Below are positions 1 through 14,254 of a stretch of 64,000 nucleotides of DNA, one piece after another; position 1 is the first letter of the stretch; every line of letters begins with the position of its first letter. Under the pieces are notes generated by a model that saw only the letters and a list, made by a program, of their open reading frames with translations, did not search any database and was not told where the DNA came from. The translations under genes and the position numbers were made by a program. This DNA is from Phallusia mammillata (Eukaryota): positions 24,180,001 to 24,244,000 of the forward strand of contig OZ281500.1 in assembly GCA_965637545.1 (NCBI GenBank), written 5' to 3'.

Positions 1-259
1 AGTGTACATTCATACTTAAATGTTTCTTGTTTAAAAGTTTTTTTTTTTTAAATTCATGTTTGAAAGTGTTTGTGGTAATCCCTTTGGACAATGAAATCAT
101 ATCTGGTAAAGGCTTTGCACTGATGGCTGTCAACAGCATGGTTGATTGCCTGATGATGATAATGATAATAATCGAGAAAGTCAAACTAGACTAGACGGAT
201 GCTGGTAATTCTGAATTTTTGTTGTTCCCAATTGCGGATTGCAAGAGCTTATCACTTAC

Positions 260-3200
260 CGAGTACTTTAGAAATAGTCAACGCTCTTTCTCCGGATATA
301 TTCGGTTTAAACGGCTTGATGAGGTCTTCGTATGTTGAGCACGCAAGCGAATTTATCCCAGTCGACACAGTACTGCGAGAGAGATAAGAGAGTTTCATTT
401 CAAGTTTATTAGGATACCGTTGACATTTATAAATGTCTTAGTGACGCGGTTTAGCTTTAACAAACTTTATAATGTACACAAAGGGTGTGTTAAAACGTAG
501 TTAGTTTACTGGATAAAACGGAACGTGGCAATGCTTCTCCTTTATTTTCTACGTTGGTTGGTAAACGTCAAACATTTTATAATTATAAAATGCAACAAAA
601 CTAAAGTCAAACTGTAACTAAAGTAAATAACTAACACAATACAAAAATGAAGAAATGCATATTTTTCACAGATAACTTCTTGTTTTTTTTTGAACCTATG
701 CATCTAACAAGTAAGGTCTCGTTCAACCTTTCCCAGTAAAATTGCAGACTTTGCACAGCTCAGAAGAACATTGTGGTTTTGTAACTTGGCCAGACTTACC
801 TTAATGTTCCACTGTAAGCGCTTGCCACAAATATGCCCGGAATACCCGGTGCAACGCTTAGAATGTCCAACACCAGATACGGCACCAGCTATAGCATAAA
901 TGGTGACTGGTTAGTTAGTTTAAACATTGAAATTGCATTACACCGAGCATAGTGTGATAAACAGCATAGGATTGCAGGAATCTAAATTGTGTTAATCTTC
1001 ATTTCTATTTATTTAGTTGATGACAGTCAACGAAAAGGAAGTTTAAACTTAAACTTAACAATACATGCTGTTGATGTCAAATATATTTATCCACAACCAA
1101 GAAACAATTGTATGTTTGTTGTGTAGTTAAATCTAATAGTTAAGTGCGTTTTAGTTTTATCGTGCTTTCTTATCCACCACAATTTTAATTTGTCTACAAA
1201 TCAAAGTAGAGGCATCTTTAACTCAAAGTATCTACCGCATGAAGTGTTCGTACTTTGGCACCACACATAGCGGTACACACCTGATCTGATTTATCGACGT
1301 CGCCGTTGGCGAGCGGATCGCAGTTCGCATACACAGCGTACATCACTAGTCCAGCAATTGACGCGAGGCTAATAACGAAAAATAAACCAACGTCGTTGAG
1401 GTATAGAGACCTGGAAATGCAAACAAGCACTGGTAAATGATTGCCACAGAAAAGTTTTGATTACTCAGCAATATTTTAAAGGAACAAATTGGCATAGCAC
1501 CGCTATGATGACTCAGCAATATTTCAAAGATTGGCATAGAAAAGTTGTATAAAATGTTGTGACCAGACACAAGATAAAACTAACTAATAAGCATAGCAGT
1601 TAAATGATGACTAAGCATTGTTTCAAACCAACTAATTGCCATAGAAACGTAAGGTGACTCAGCAGTTTGCTCACATTTTTGCTTGGTAAAGACTTCTGCA
1701 GCTGAGGTAGCGTTGAACCATGGATTGATTGATCGCATAAACTGATAACCACATCAGTGTTCCTCCTATGGTGACTGACCAAAATGAATGGCGAACTCGC
1801 GGGTCAAGATCGAAACTAAGAAAAACGGAATGGGTCAAAAGGTTGCGGGTTCGAATCTCAGGACCAGCGTTATGTTTAAAAACTTAAATCAGATGTGTTC
1901 TCTTGTTGCCTACAGGTTTGTGTTTGAAAATTTGCACTGGTGATACCAACAGCGATTGTTGAAAGTTTACGTACACGTTCTCCAGGAGTTTATGATTCGT
2001 TTTTTGAGTTTATTGATTCGCCACTTTTTCAGTAATGTGTGTAGTGTTCCCCAGTATTACAGTCACAACGTTGTTGGTTTAAACCTCGGGACTAGCGAGA
2101 TATTTTTGGGCTCGCATAAGTTTTCCCCCGTTGGTGCCTACAAAAGGCATAGTTTGTTTTCAATTGACTACACTGTCGATGTTCACAGCGATTTTTCAAA
2201 CGCTTGGAATAGAGTGAATCTTAGCCGCAGCAAATTTTTTATGAATGTGTGTTTTTTAGCCAGGCAGAATTGTGTTTAAAATTCCAACCGTAAAATACCG
2301 AAAAGAACGTCTCTACAGCACAAATATTAATTCGTTTTGAAGAAATTTTAATCGAAAACCGACTTACTGCCAGAAATCGATTCTCCCTCCTTCGCTTGCA
2401 ATCTCAAACACTTTAGCGAATCCACCCACGTCCATGCTTCCCTTCACTATGATCGCAGTGAAGCCAATCCACATGACGAAACACTGCGACAAATAAAAGC
2501 GAACAAGTCAGTGGTTTTGACACATTGCGTTCCATTTACTGAGAAAAAAAGAAAAAAAAATGGAAAAAAAAATTAACTGAATAACAAAGCGCTTTTTTTG
2601 ACACTACAGATATTAGGTACACAAGACACACGTTTGAAAAGTATAGCTTTATTAAAACCAAAAATGCCAGTGGTGTAGAAAAAACGTTTTCCTTATGCAC
2701 TATTTAACTAATGATGACATTTGATTTTGTGGAAATGTCTGCTGTGTGCTTCTTGGTTTGGGGTCTATCTTACAACACCAGCAACAGCTTCACTCGTACC
2801 TGTACTACGTCGTTCCACACCACCGCCTTCATTCCACCAATCGTTGTGTAAAAGGTGCACACCAGAGCAGTGACCACAATAGACACAGTGAGACTGAGAC
2901 CGGTCACTGCGAACAAACAGAAGAACGTTTGTTTTGTTTCCCGCCCAAAAATTATTTCAATCTTGTGGTTGGTTGCACATAACAAATAGGGGCTCATAGT
3001 GGACTTGGGGATGTCCCCTCCTAAGTAACAGAGGAGATATTTTACACATTTTCTACTCCCACTATCAAATATTTTTTGTTTATTTTTGAATACTTAGAAA
3101 GAGAGGAATTGTTAGGTTTCATACAAAAGGTCATTTGCGCAATATTTGCACTTATAACATCTTCTGAGAGATCTCCCAACTAAAAAGTCGCAGTTCGTTT

Positions 3201-4889
3201 TCCAAGTGTAGCCGTGTTTAATGAGTTATTGCTATCGTTATTGACAATCCTATGATACGTTGTATTAGCCTTACTGAGTATCCCGGAATCTGCTGCGCAA
3301 CGCTAAGACGACTTGAAGCACAACAAAGTGAATGGATGTAGGTACATTTGTGTCACAATCTCACAAACAAGCAACAATTTAAACACTATACCTTTGTTAA
3401 GAGCCAAAGCTGGCATGTACATGACCATGCCCATGTATAGGACAGTTTGTAAAATGAAGGCACAGGTTCCAGCTACTCGAACTGGTTTGCTGAATCGACG
3501 TTCCAAGTACTGAAAACCACAAACAAGGTTTCAGATACATTAAAGCTTGCATAAGTGGAATTGAAGTGCAAATGTCTTCAACAACTTTCTTCCCTCATTA
3601 ACGACTGTGGTTTGGAAACCTGGGTTCGAATAACTCTATTTAAATTCCCACAGATTTTATCTTACAAAATCTCAAAATATTACAGTGTAAAAAAAGTTTT
3701 TGTGAAAAACGAGAGTGACTTGGAGGTCGATTAGGGAGTTGCAGTTTGCTTGCAGAGGTTATAAGTCAATGCCTGGCAAGCTTTGCAGTTTTCTCTTGTA
3801 AACAAAAAAACTCGCGAAAACTTTTAAAGCTCGTTGCAAAACAAGAAGTCGTTGACATCAAAAGCTCTTTGTACTTCTTCCCCATTTAAAAAAAAACTGG
3901 GTTAAGATTTCTATGCCGTACCTCGTATGTGCTTGAAATTCCCATGTTGTAGAAGATCGGCACAAACACGTTTGCAGTGATGATCGCTACCAGTGTGTAG
4001 GCGACGAAAAACCACCAGAACATGGTCCCGTATCTGTAAACCTCAGCTGGAGTACCGAGGACTGTGATTGCTGACATGAAACTTGCTGTAAGACTCAGCG
4101 CTACAGGCCAGCCACTCATTTTCCTGCGTGAAAAAAACGAAGAAATGTAAATGTTTTTTGAAAAGATTTAAAGAGGTTGCAAGCCTTCAGTACTTTTGAT
4201 TGGAGTTGATGCAAAGTCGTTCACCACTACGCATAATAAATTGAAATTGCTTATAAAGGCTTCGGTCATGGGTTCGAAACCCATCGATGCAGGGCTAGAG
4301 TACGTTTTGACTGGGGTTAGACGCAAAGTTGTTCACCATCACGCAATTTAAAGTGACACAAAGTTAGTTATGCGAAATATACGTTTAACATTTGCCGCTA
4401 TCTTGAACCGTTTGTTTCGTATGTTTGGGCTGAGAAGATGTGACTGCAATTCAAATGTTAGAAGGTTAAGGAACTTTGTATTTATCTATGTGTCAACGGC
4501 TGTATCTTATTCAAATAGCACCAATGATAGTATATTTCCAACTATAGTTTTTTTTATTCGCGGTGCATGAAAAGAACGTAATTCTGATTTGAATTATAAC
4601 TTTCACTTTTAAAATGTGAACATTTTCCATAATCATCTTTTGAAATTTGATCGTAGCAGTACAAAAGTTTTTGAAATATTTCGTATTTCTCCATATGAAC
4701 ACCTTACCTTCCAGCCAACAAGTAATCCTCTGACGTCTTCTTATTTCGGTCCCTGATGGCAAAGAATAATCCAATGAGGGCAGATACCAGAAAGAGGGAG
4801 CCAAATACCAAGTAATCCGCAACGCTGAATGTCTTGGGAGCATCAGAGTTCGCCATGTTTTCCAGTGGGACGTTAGTGGTCGGATCCAT
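260..4889 (-). CDS. SLC5A8: Sodium-coupled monocarboxylate/solute symporter (SLC5A8/SLC5A12/SLC5A5/SLC5A6 group), exons 1-9; 3' part continues beyond window start
   Basis: Hand-spliced GT-AG exons 4889-4708, 4123-3922, 3509-3392, 2906-2800, 2483-2368, 1815-1675, 1410-1281, 888-800, 372-260 join in frame. They give SSS-family motifs ([93 protein letters not shown]). Family is secure; exact SLC5 paralogue is not. Confidence 0.9.
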
Positions 4890-7800
4890 TGCAGATTATT
4901 AAATCTTGTTATAATGTCACAGTAGCTTGTAGAAGCAAAATGTTATTGGCTTATACTCTGCGCATGCAAAGTAAAAACAACATGGTTGTAAACAAATCAT
5001 AGCACGGCAGGCCTATTAAAAGCGTAATCCCGAATTAGTCGGTCTCCCAAGCATTTTTATATGGCAAGGCACAGGCTAGAAAAATCTAGTTTGCCGTGAT
5101 CGCTGGTCTGCATCGGCGCTTCAGGGCTGATCCCAGTATGAATATATTCATCTTGGTTGTACACAAGGTATTCAATTAATCACAAACCGATTTTTTAAAG
5201 CCCATATATGCCAAGAAAAGTAACTGAGTTGGAAGACATGCTAATGTTCAGGTCTACGAGATGTGCGTTTGTGTGCAATAATACAATTTACACCTTGTAA
5301 GCATGTAGCCTACATGTGTCTAAAAAAATGAAATGACGACAAAATTGTGACACTGTACAAACTCAGGCACGAAACTCAAGCCCTAACCCCAAATAGTCAA
5401 CCTCGAATGAAACCTCAGGTAAGAGTGTAATGGTAAAATCAGAACAATAAGACTCAAAACAATACGAACAGGTTCTGACTAAATCGACTTTCGTAAAGAT
5501 ACACCACTTTGCACTGTTTTGAATGTTACATGGCATTTAAAATTGCTCATTTCAACCATTGAATAGAAACACTTGTTGCAAAGCATGCTAATTGCAATAC
5601 AATCGTTCCAATGCCAACTATTCTGCGTAGATGCAGCGCGTTCGACCTTAGTTAACCAACTGTTCACACCAACTTTGGGCCTACAACGTAAAAATTTGCG
5701 CAGTTGTTTTGACTTTGCAATTGTGACGCTATGTTTTTCTTCACCGAACAAACAAGCATCTAACTTGACTGTATTATAACACTATCAGTGCAACACCTTG
5801 TATTTGACACAGTATTAACTTCATGTAAAGTACAAAATATGCTTGATCCAATAAAAAAGTTTTAAATTTATTCAAGCAAGCTTTTGTGCCGTCTCGACTC
5901 TCGACTGCATTTAAAGCTCAGTAAGCAACCGATTTCAGGCTTGCACGCTGTCTGTGCATCAGAGCCTCAACCAGTTTTCACTATAGCGCGACTGCGCGCC
6001 CTTACAGCTTTAAACATTATCAAGAATCATCCGGGAAAGTCGCGAAAAAATACCGAATAACAAATGGCCGTACACCGCTAACCGCACGTGCGATGGCAGA
6101 CTTACTGGTAAACATTAGGCCCAAGGCCGCTTGTGACGTCATAGACACGTGATAATGCCCGCATTCGAAAGGTTGCATTAGTGGTAGCACTTGAAATAAG
6201 TTGATACGTGCGTTGTTAAGTGACTTTGGCGCGAATATTGTTTTTCACAGTCGTTAAGCAATAGACTGCATAACATGTTGATTAAAAGTCTGTTGAGAAA
6301 TTCTCCATGTGCGCAATGAAGGCGTTGAAACCGTATTTGACGATATGCGTTTCGGTTCGGTTAACTCGTTTTTAGAGTTGGACCTTTTAGTGGGAAGTTG
6401 ACCTGTTTACCCTAGGCCGTTCCACGTGAATTCAAATCCCACGACATTTTGGTGCATCTCAACAAGCAGCAGTTTCGCATTCACGCTCTGGTAGGCTTAA
6501 TGTAAACCCGCTGGGAGAACTACGCCTTGTTGTTGGTCTTGTTATAATCTCTTGTAACTTGCTCGTGCAAGACAATCTAACCTATCTCGTTCTTGTTGGT
6601 CAATGCTGAGCGCACGTTTATTAGATTAGAGTTCAAGTCACAAATGCCTATTGTTGAAATACAATCACGCATAATGCCTGTAGTTTAAACGTATAGTGGC
6701 TTTGTTTTTGAAGCCAAACAAGCTTTTTGCAAATGCGCATTTACTTTATAGGTGATAATTGAAGTCACTAATGCCTGTTAACTGTTCTCTTGTGGCTTTT
6801 ATGTAAAAACCTTGAGCCTACAACGGCTTGTTTTGTTTGTAGCCAAACCAATGCTTGCTTAATCAAGCCCTTAGCATACTTAAATTACTTGTAATTAATG
6901 TATGCGTAGAATATGAAATGCGTTGCTAAAGTTTAACAACATTTTAAACTCTCTTTGCAACCTCGTGAAGTCCTGAAATACACTTTCAAGACATATATTT
7001 GCTTCTAACATAGCTTTACTGTTTTACTTTGAGAGTTTAACATCAGTAAAATTTCTTACTCAATTGTTTTGCTTCAAAAATGAAAAAACTGCAAACATAA
7101 ACCTATTCTTTCTTTTCACGGCTAAACTTTATCTTGCTTTCTCAATAGTTGGCAAAACTGCTTAAGTGGCAACGGCTTTTAACATTGAACCCCACCAGTT
7201 TTTCATTCTTGCATGGTCAGCTTGTGGCAAATTCACTACATCTTGCATTCGACCCTGCAACGCTTTGTACAGGAAAGATCAAGTTGCCTTCGTCTATCTG
7301 GCTCTCACTTAAAGGGTAACCGCCAAAGTACAGCGTCTACAGTCTACAGCAAAGGTGAATGTTGTTTGAAGGTTTTCTTGAGAAATCTATGTGGGGTTGT
7401 GATGTCATAACGCTCGATTGAATAGCAACAGTTTTCAAGTCAGGCCCGATTTACTTTGGTTCTGGTTTGTAGCGAAAAATAGAAATGCAAATTTGAATTC
7501 ATGATTATGCATTATAGAAACAATTTTTACTGTACGTTACAATTTGTCATGGGGCGTTTTCGTAAGAATTTTTTTAAATAAAGTCTTTATTTGAGCGTGA
7601 AAACTTGCAGTAAACATGATTTGCAGGTTCCCCTTTAAACATAGCTGGGTAGTTGCCTGCTGATTTGGCGCCACTCAAACTGCCTTGTTTAATTTGCGGT
7701 CATTGTTACCTGGTTGTTAGCTCACAATGGAATGCTTTGTTCGTTGAGATTATAGTTATTAAGCATGCTACACAACAAGTTGGTCAACAAGACTATGTTG

Positions 7801-8876
7801 TAAAAAATATAAGGTCAAAGTCTTGATTGACTTTAAAATATTTAGTTTTTTTTATATTTGATAAAGATTAACCAGTAATGGTGATTGTTTAGAAAACCGA
7901 AACGATTAAGTAGCAAGTTCCAATGTAATGGACCCACTCTCTTTCGTTTCAAACGACAAAGTTATCGCTTTATTTTTATACGTTTTCAGTTCAGCTTTGT
8001 GTTTGGCAATCCTGATTTACGCCTGTCTTGTCCAAATCATTTTCTAACTTTCCATTTCTTTAAACCGTTTTCATGTACAAAACACTTGCGAAAACGCATC
8101 CAAAAACTCCATACAACCCGGCACTGCTACACACTTGGATGGCTGATTTAAACTTGGACTTGGCTTGAACGACTTGCAAATCTTATTTCCCTTCTTTATC
8201 ACTTACAAGACACTAAACAGCATTTACTTCCCTGTTTAGCTGTTCGTCTGCCTTTGTTTAAAATGTTGAATCCTTGTTATAAACGGAAGTCACACATCCC
8301 AATACAAACAACAATGCTATGTAGGCAGCATCCGTAGAACGGCTATTTTGAAAACTATAAAATCTATTTCTCATGGTGAAGTGTAGAGGTACAGTACAAA
8401 CAACCGATCTATTTTGTTCCGATATTTATTTGAGCATTTGCGAAAAGTTACAAAAAAGACATTCGAATTGTGTAAATGTCTCAAGCGATAATGTTGACTG
8501 TAAAAAACTTATTACACAATAAAACAGTAAAAACAAAACACAAAAATGTTTAAAACAGTGTAAAAACCCGGTTAAATATACGAATGAAAATGTTTGGGAA
8601 GATAAATGTTATGTTACTATTTATAACTTTGGTATAACAAACAGTTTCTGTGTTTTGAGACAAAAAATGATTCAAACAAAACAATTCCCAAACGAACAAT
8701 TGTAACAGATTTACAAACGTTGTCTTTTTGCGATTTAATGTGATGTAAATGCGGCGTTTGATTGGCCAGGTTTGGGTTGCCAAGATATTTTCCATTGTTC
8801 ACGTAAATTCGTTAAATCAGCTTGTTAGTGTGAAACAACAAAGTTTAAATGTGTGTTTTGCAATGTTAAGACCATG

Positions 8877-8925
8877 AGTTGAGTTGAGTGGTTCCCTTTA
8901 ATTACACTTGAGTTGAGTTGAGTGG
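8877..8925. repeat. (GAGTT)n microsatellite just 3' of the stop codon in left-subfamily receptors
   Basis: Variable-length GAGTT runs also at ~16165-16210, 29010-29062 and 39908-39933. Confidence 0.7.
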
Positions 8926-8930
8926 ATCAT

Positions 8931-11565
8931 TCACACCGATGTTGAGTTTGTTGCTTTGCTTCTAGCAGGGAATTTTGTGTGTTTGTCTTTCTTCCAGAGA
9001 CGATAAACTGTGAGAAGATCTCGAGATGATTTGGTGAAGTTTCTGTCGCGGAAACTGTAAACGACCACGTTCACTAAACTGGAAGAAAAATAAGATGTTG
9101 TTGTCTTTATCTGACTTTGTTCTTGTCATAGATTGTGATTTCACTGTGACGTTACAATTTATTTAATGTGTCATCACATCGCGACGTATCGTTTACAAAG
9201 ATCTATATGCCTGATGTATAGTACTTAATTACGTCACTGATGATGTCATATAAGCTGCCAATTGCATGACGCAGTTAACCACGTTTTGAGGCAGAATTAT
9301 TATTGATCAATTTATTTAAGGTTTGTTTGTCAAGTTGGTTAAGCGATTTGCTGTAATGGAAGTAAATCATAAAATAAAAGAGAATCAGAACCCGGATCAG
9401 TTCAAGTTTTCATGAGTTTACCTGTTCGACATGCTGAGGTAGAAACACAACATGAAGGGAAGTGAAGCCGTGTCGCATGTTAAGGACTTCCCGAAGAACA
9501 GAACTTGCACAACGATCAGCGGAACTGAAAGAAAGATTTGAATGTAAAGTGAATTGCCTCAAAACTCCGATCGTGAAGTAGTTCATCTTACCGATGGTGA
9601 GAGTGAAGCCGATCTGCATAAGGATCACTGTCACGAACGTGCGAAGTTCTTTTTTGTCTGTCTTCTGTCGGAGTTGGTTGGATGTCTTCAGGTTGATGTG
9701 AACCACGATGATGGTTGCGACACAGGCGAGGGTCTGTGATGACGTAACAAGGTTGTGACGCATATGACCTTGAACCTTGACTTCTAATTTTCTTAGTATT
9801 TATAAAAGTAAAATCTATTTAATTTTGACGTGCGTGACCTTAAACTTAGACCTCCAATTTTCTTAGTTATGAAAGTGAAATCTTTGATCGTTTTCCGTTT
9901 ATTTCTGTTAGTCCGTTTTATTGCATTATTAGTTAAATTGCATTTTTGGTAAGACCTTAACTTTATTCTATCATCCAAAGGTCAGTGATTTTGCAACTTG
10001 AGTTAAAGGAAAAACTACAGTTCGATAAATTATGTTTGAGAATCATTACTTGTAATAAACTCTTCACACATTACCATTATGACGTAGGGAATGACGTAGA
10101 AAACAATGAGCATAGCAACGAGAGCATTGTGGCTTCCATCTCGATTTTGTATTTTTTTCTCAGTGAAGAAAAACAGAAATATCGTGTGCTGATAAGTGTA
10201 CACCATCGAATCAGGAAACCAGGCTGAAAATCATGTTGATTTGTCACAATGAAATATCTTGTTGTTGTTTCGACGAATTTAATTTAAAATTTTTGTAATT
10301 TTGTTTTATCTGGGGGCGTGTTCAGTCAGTTTTAGGAATGCTTCTTCCTTTGAAAACAAATTAGACAATGTTTACAATTCATCTTGCCGGACAAAATATG
10401 TACATAAACATTGGCATATATTCATCGTTATGCGTACAAACTCTGTACTGCTATCTAGTGATTTCAGGTTTCATTGGGAAACTTATTTATTTTTAACATT
10501 TGATGCAGTTTCACACCTGGTACGGTGCTGGACACAACAGCCAAAGCCCAAACCACAGCCAAACCGACGTAGACGTGAAAGCCACTTCGCGTCCGGTAAG
10601 AGAGTGGCCACTTGATGGCGTACAAGCGCTGTGCACCCATAAACACTAGGTGGTACAAAGAGCTAGTGAACGTAAGAAGGAGAAAGATTCCTCCCGCGGT
10701 CGCTTGAGCTGATCCTCGCAGTAAAAGTTGACGATGATCCAATTCCATCGACGAAACGTTCATCGTCCAACTGAAGTTGTAGATTGAAACCACCAGGAGT
10801 TGGACGCCTGAAAAACACACATGGCCAAGTTCAGACGTAATGCACCAAAAGATGCAAACGGTTTAACTGATGTTGCATGGCTGCCTTTGGTGCATTACCT
10901 TTTACTAACTGTTTACTGCTTAGATCGGCCATGTAGCGTTCAAGTTTACCCACAGTAACGACTGATTCGTATAAAAATCACAGATGTATGTCTGTGAAAA
11001 TCGAACTCTTTATCGTTAGCGCATGCTGCCTACGTTAGGACATCGATAGATTGGTCTTATATATAGAGCTCAATTTTGTACTTTTCCAATAAAATCCCCA
11101 AATGTTTTTACTAGTAAGAAAACCGGCGACAGCCAAAGAGAATTTCATCTTGTCGAAACTTTGACGGAGCCCGACTTTCTTTAACACCACCATTACAAGT
11201 ACGTTGCTGAACACACAGGCCAGACCGAACAGGACGACGAAAAATACAAAAAATCCTGCTCCTGCCTTGCTGCATTCTCCGCATGCGCACACTGGTTTGT
11301 TCGCGCATGCGCTGTAGGCCTTTTTGGAGCAAAATGCGGGAAAACCACACAATTTTGAAACAAGGATGAGATGCAAACTCGGTCCAGTGGCGTTAAATCG
11401 ATTAAAATTGGTCAGAGTGTTGTTATTTTTGATGCCAAGGTTTTCTAAACCCGGCCATTCTTCCGGTATGAAGTATTTTTCCTCTAATCTGTCAGTGGTT
11501 ATCAAGTGGGGCGTTCCTACAAACATACTTAAAAAATTCGTGGCATTTATTTGTGACAAATCCAT
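8931..11565 (-). CDS. Class A GPCR R1 with proximal first exon V1 (428 aa)
   Basis: Exons 11565-11112, 10807-10517, 10223-10075, 9733-9592, 9524-9422, 9078-8931 (454/291/149/142/103/148 nt), all GT-AG and in frame. Seven hydrophobic segments with N1.50 (FSN), TM3 QRL, W4.50, P5.50 (VIPY), TM7 NVVVY. TM2 reads LAVAGF (D2.50 to G). Confidence 0.85.
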
Positions 11566-12203
11566 GTCAAATTTACTTGAAGTTGTATTGCCAGTTTTAT
11601 GTTGATTTCTAAAATTGAATTGAGAAGAAAAAAGGATTTAGTATGTGTTCAATTTCTTCCAAGATTTCTTGCCAACCGTAACTATTTCTAACAATTTAGC
11701 GCTGATAACATATCGTTTGTCCTATAATTTCACTTCCAATCTTTTCCACAAATAATTTACTCAACGTTTTGCCAAAACTGATTTTGCCTACAAATCATCA
11801 AATAATTACATTTCGACGTAAAAACTCAATAAATTATCGATAAAAATGCTTTTTTCCCTCGTAAAAAAATAACTTGTCATCAGGGCGCCTGATACTTCGA
11901 AACTCTGTATCCGGACAGCAACGTGTTTACAAACGCTCAACTAGTTCATGTTACTCATTGGGTCGTATGTTGTTTGTGTACGAGTGCTTGCTCTGGCGCA
12001 CGGACGGTGTTGCCATGGTTACGAGTGACGAATGTGACATCAGACAAGGAACACCGAAAATAATTTACAGAAAAGAGGACTTGCTATTGCATTGAAAAAA
12101 TATATTTTGTCAAAACAGTTCGTGGTTTTGTGTCTAAGAAAATAGTTTAATGCTGTATTAGCGATACAACCGAACTAACATCATCCTAAACTATTTCACT
12201 AAC

Positions 12204-12657
12204 CAGTGAGAAAATCGGCGATAGCCATAGAGAACTTCATCTTGTTGAAACTTTGACGGAGCCCGAGTTTCTTTAACACCGCCAGTACAAGTACATTGCC
12301 GAACACACAGGCCAGACCGAGCAGGACGACGAAAAATACGAAAAATCCCGCTCCTGTCTTGCTGCATTCTGCGCATGCGCACAGTGGTTTGTTCGCGCAT
12401 GCGCTGTAGGCCTTGTTGGAGCAAAAGGCGGGAAAACCACACAATTTTGAAACAAGGATGAGATGCAAACTCGGTCCAGTGGCGTTAAATCGATTAAAAT
12501 TAGTAGGACTGTTGTTATATTTGATGCCAAGGTTTTCTAAACCCGGCCATTCTTCCGGTATGAAGTATTTTTCATCTAATCTGTCAGTGGTTATCAAGTG
12601 GGGCGTTCCTACAAACATACTTAAATAATTCGTGGCGTTTATTTGTGACAAATTCAT
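12204..12657 (-). CDS. Surplus GPCR first exon V2 (MNLSQ type), candidate alternative exon 1 of R1
   Basis: 454 nt (3n+1), open from ATG 12657 to LAIADFLT G, donor G|GTTAGT; no exons 2-6 between it and V1. Confidence 0.7.
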
Positions 12658-13295
12658 GTCAAATTTACTTGAAGTTGTATTGCCAGTTTTATGTTGATTT
12701 CTAAAACTGAATTGAGAAAAAAAGGGATTTAGTATGTGTTCAATTTCTTCCAAGATTTCTTGCCAACCGTAACTATTTCTAACAATTTAGCGCTCATAAC
12801 ATATCGTTTGTCCTATAATTTCACTTTCAATCTTTTCCACAAATAATTTACTCAACGTTTTGCCAAAGCTGATTTTGCCTACAAGTCATCAAATAATTAC
12901 ATTTCGACGTAGAAACTCAATAAATCTTCGACAAAAAATCTTTCTTCTCTCTTAAAGAATAACTTGTCATGTCAGGGCGCCTGATACTTCTAAACTCTGT
13001 ATCCGGACAGCAACGTGTTTACAAATGCTCAACTAGTTCGTGTGACTCATTGGGTCGTATGTTGTTTGTGTACGAGTACTTGCTCTGGCGCAAGAACGGT
13101 GTTGCCATGGTTACGAGTGACGAATGTGACATCAGACAAGGAACACCGAAAATAATTTACAGAAAAGAGGACTTGCTATTGCATTGAAAAAATATAATTT
13201 GTTAAAACAGTTCGTGGTTTTGTGTCTAAGAAAATAGTTTAATGCTGTATTAGCGATACAACCGAACTAACATCATCCTAAACTATTTCACTAAC

Positions 13296-13866
13296 CAGTG
13301 AGAAAGTCGGCGACAGCCAAAGAGAACTTCATCTTGTTGAAACTTTGACGGAGCCCGAGTTTCTTTAACACCGCCATTACAAGTACGTTGCCGAACACAC
13401 AGGCCAGACCGAGCAGGACGACGAAAAATACGAAAAATCCCGCTCCTGTCTTGCTGCATTCTGCGCATGCGCACAGTGGGGTGGTCGCGCATGCGCTGTA
13501 GGCCTTATCGGAGCAAAATGCGGGAAAACCGCACAACTTTGAAATTGTGAAATTTCTAAACTGATACAGCCGAGTTTTGTTGATAGTGCTGTTGAATCCA
13601 TCAGAAAAGTTGCTTGTTGTGTTGATTCCAAAGCGCGTATTGTAGTCTTGGCCTGATATATTGGTTGAAACGTTTTCAGCGTTGATGTTGCTGACTGTTT
13701 CTGCATCAAACTCCAGTGTTGGCAGGTTATCGTAGCCGGTTTCAGTTGGCCACTGAATCGAATCATCCTGATAGTAGTATAGTTCTCGATCCGTCATTAC
13801 GTAATGAAAACCTGTTACGTACGATCCATCTGAAAAGTTTGAAGCGCTTCCATTTGTATAAGCCAT
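13296..13866 (-). CDS. Surplus GPCR first exon V3 (MAYTNG type), candidate alternative exon 1 of R1
   Basis: 571 nt (3n+1), open, Cys module plus TM1-TM2, donor G|GTTAGT; no body of its own. Confidence 0.7.
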
Positions 13867-14254
13867 AATGTGTTCAATGATAATTAATTTAACTTTAAGT
13901 TAATATCTGAAAAATAATTTCGAAATGTATTTTTCAGACTTAAAACCTTGTCTATAATCCAGGTACCAAAAGATTTTGAAATCTTTATTGAAACCACCCC
14001 CCTTTTATCAGGCAATTGAACCTGTAATATACTTCTTGACTGGTTGCCAGTCAAAAACCTTCTTGTACTATTAGCAAGTACTGTCTGCAGTTCTTTAACA
14101 AACACATTTGTTGTATATTGCGCTACATTGTCACATTATGACGCAACAAACTGGCCAAACACCAAAAGAACATTTCCCATCACAGTAAAACAATTGTTAG
14201 TGTGGTTGTATTATATACTGCAAGGAAAAATATGTTTCAAAATAGTTTATGTTA

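Noticed and set aside
1956-2279. 107-aa plus-strand ORF
   Set aside because: Lies within an SLC5 intron, has no recognisable motif and shows AT-biased composition.
1840-4300. tRNA genes at ~1845, ~4265, ~14460, ~46810 and ~47180
   Set aside because: Only B-box/T-arm-like fragments; I could not fold a cloverleaf, so these are more likely SINE remnants.
6300-8200. Possible plus-strand gene between the SLC5 gene and the GPCR array (ORFs 7213-7410, 7885-8151)
   Set aside because: No coherent exon chain or recognisable protein; a lncRNA cannot be excluded.
11600-11640. Unpaired acceptor-like tract upstream of type A exons as a spliced-leader trans-splice site
   Set aside because: Depends on an unverified taxon and cannot be told apart from a 5' UTR intron or chance.
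12658-12753. Longer N-terminus for V2 (MEEIEH...)
   Set aside because: The track start is a TTG; the first ATG is 12657, matching V1 and V6.
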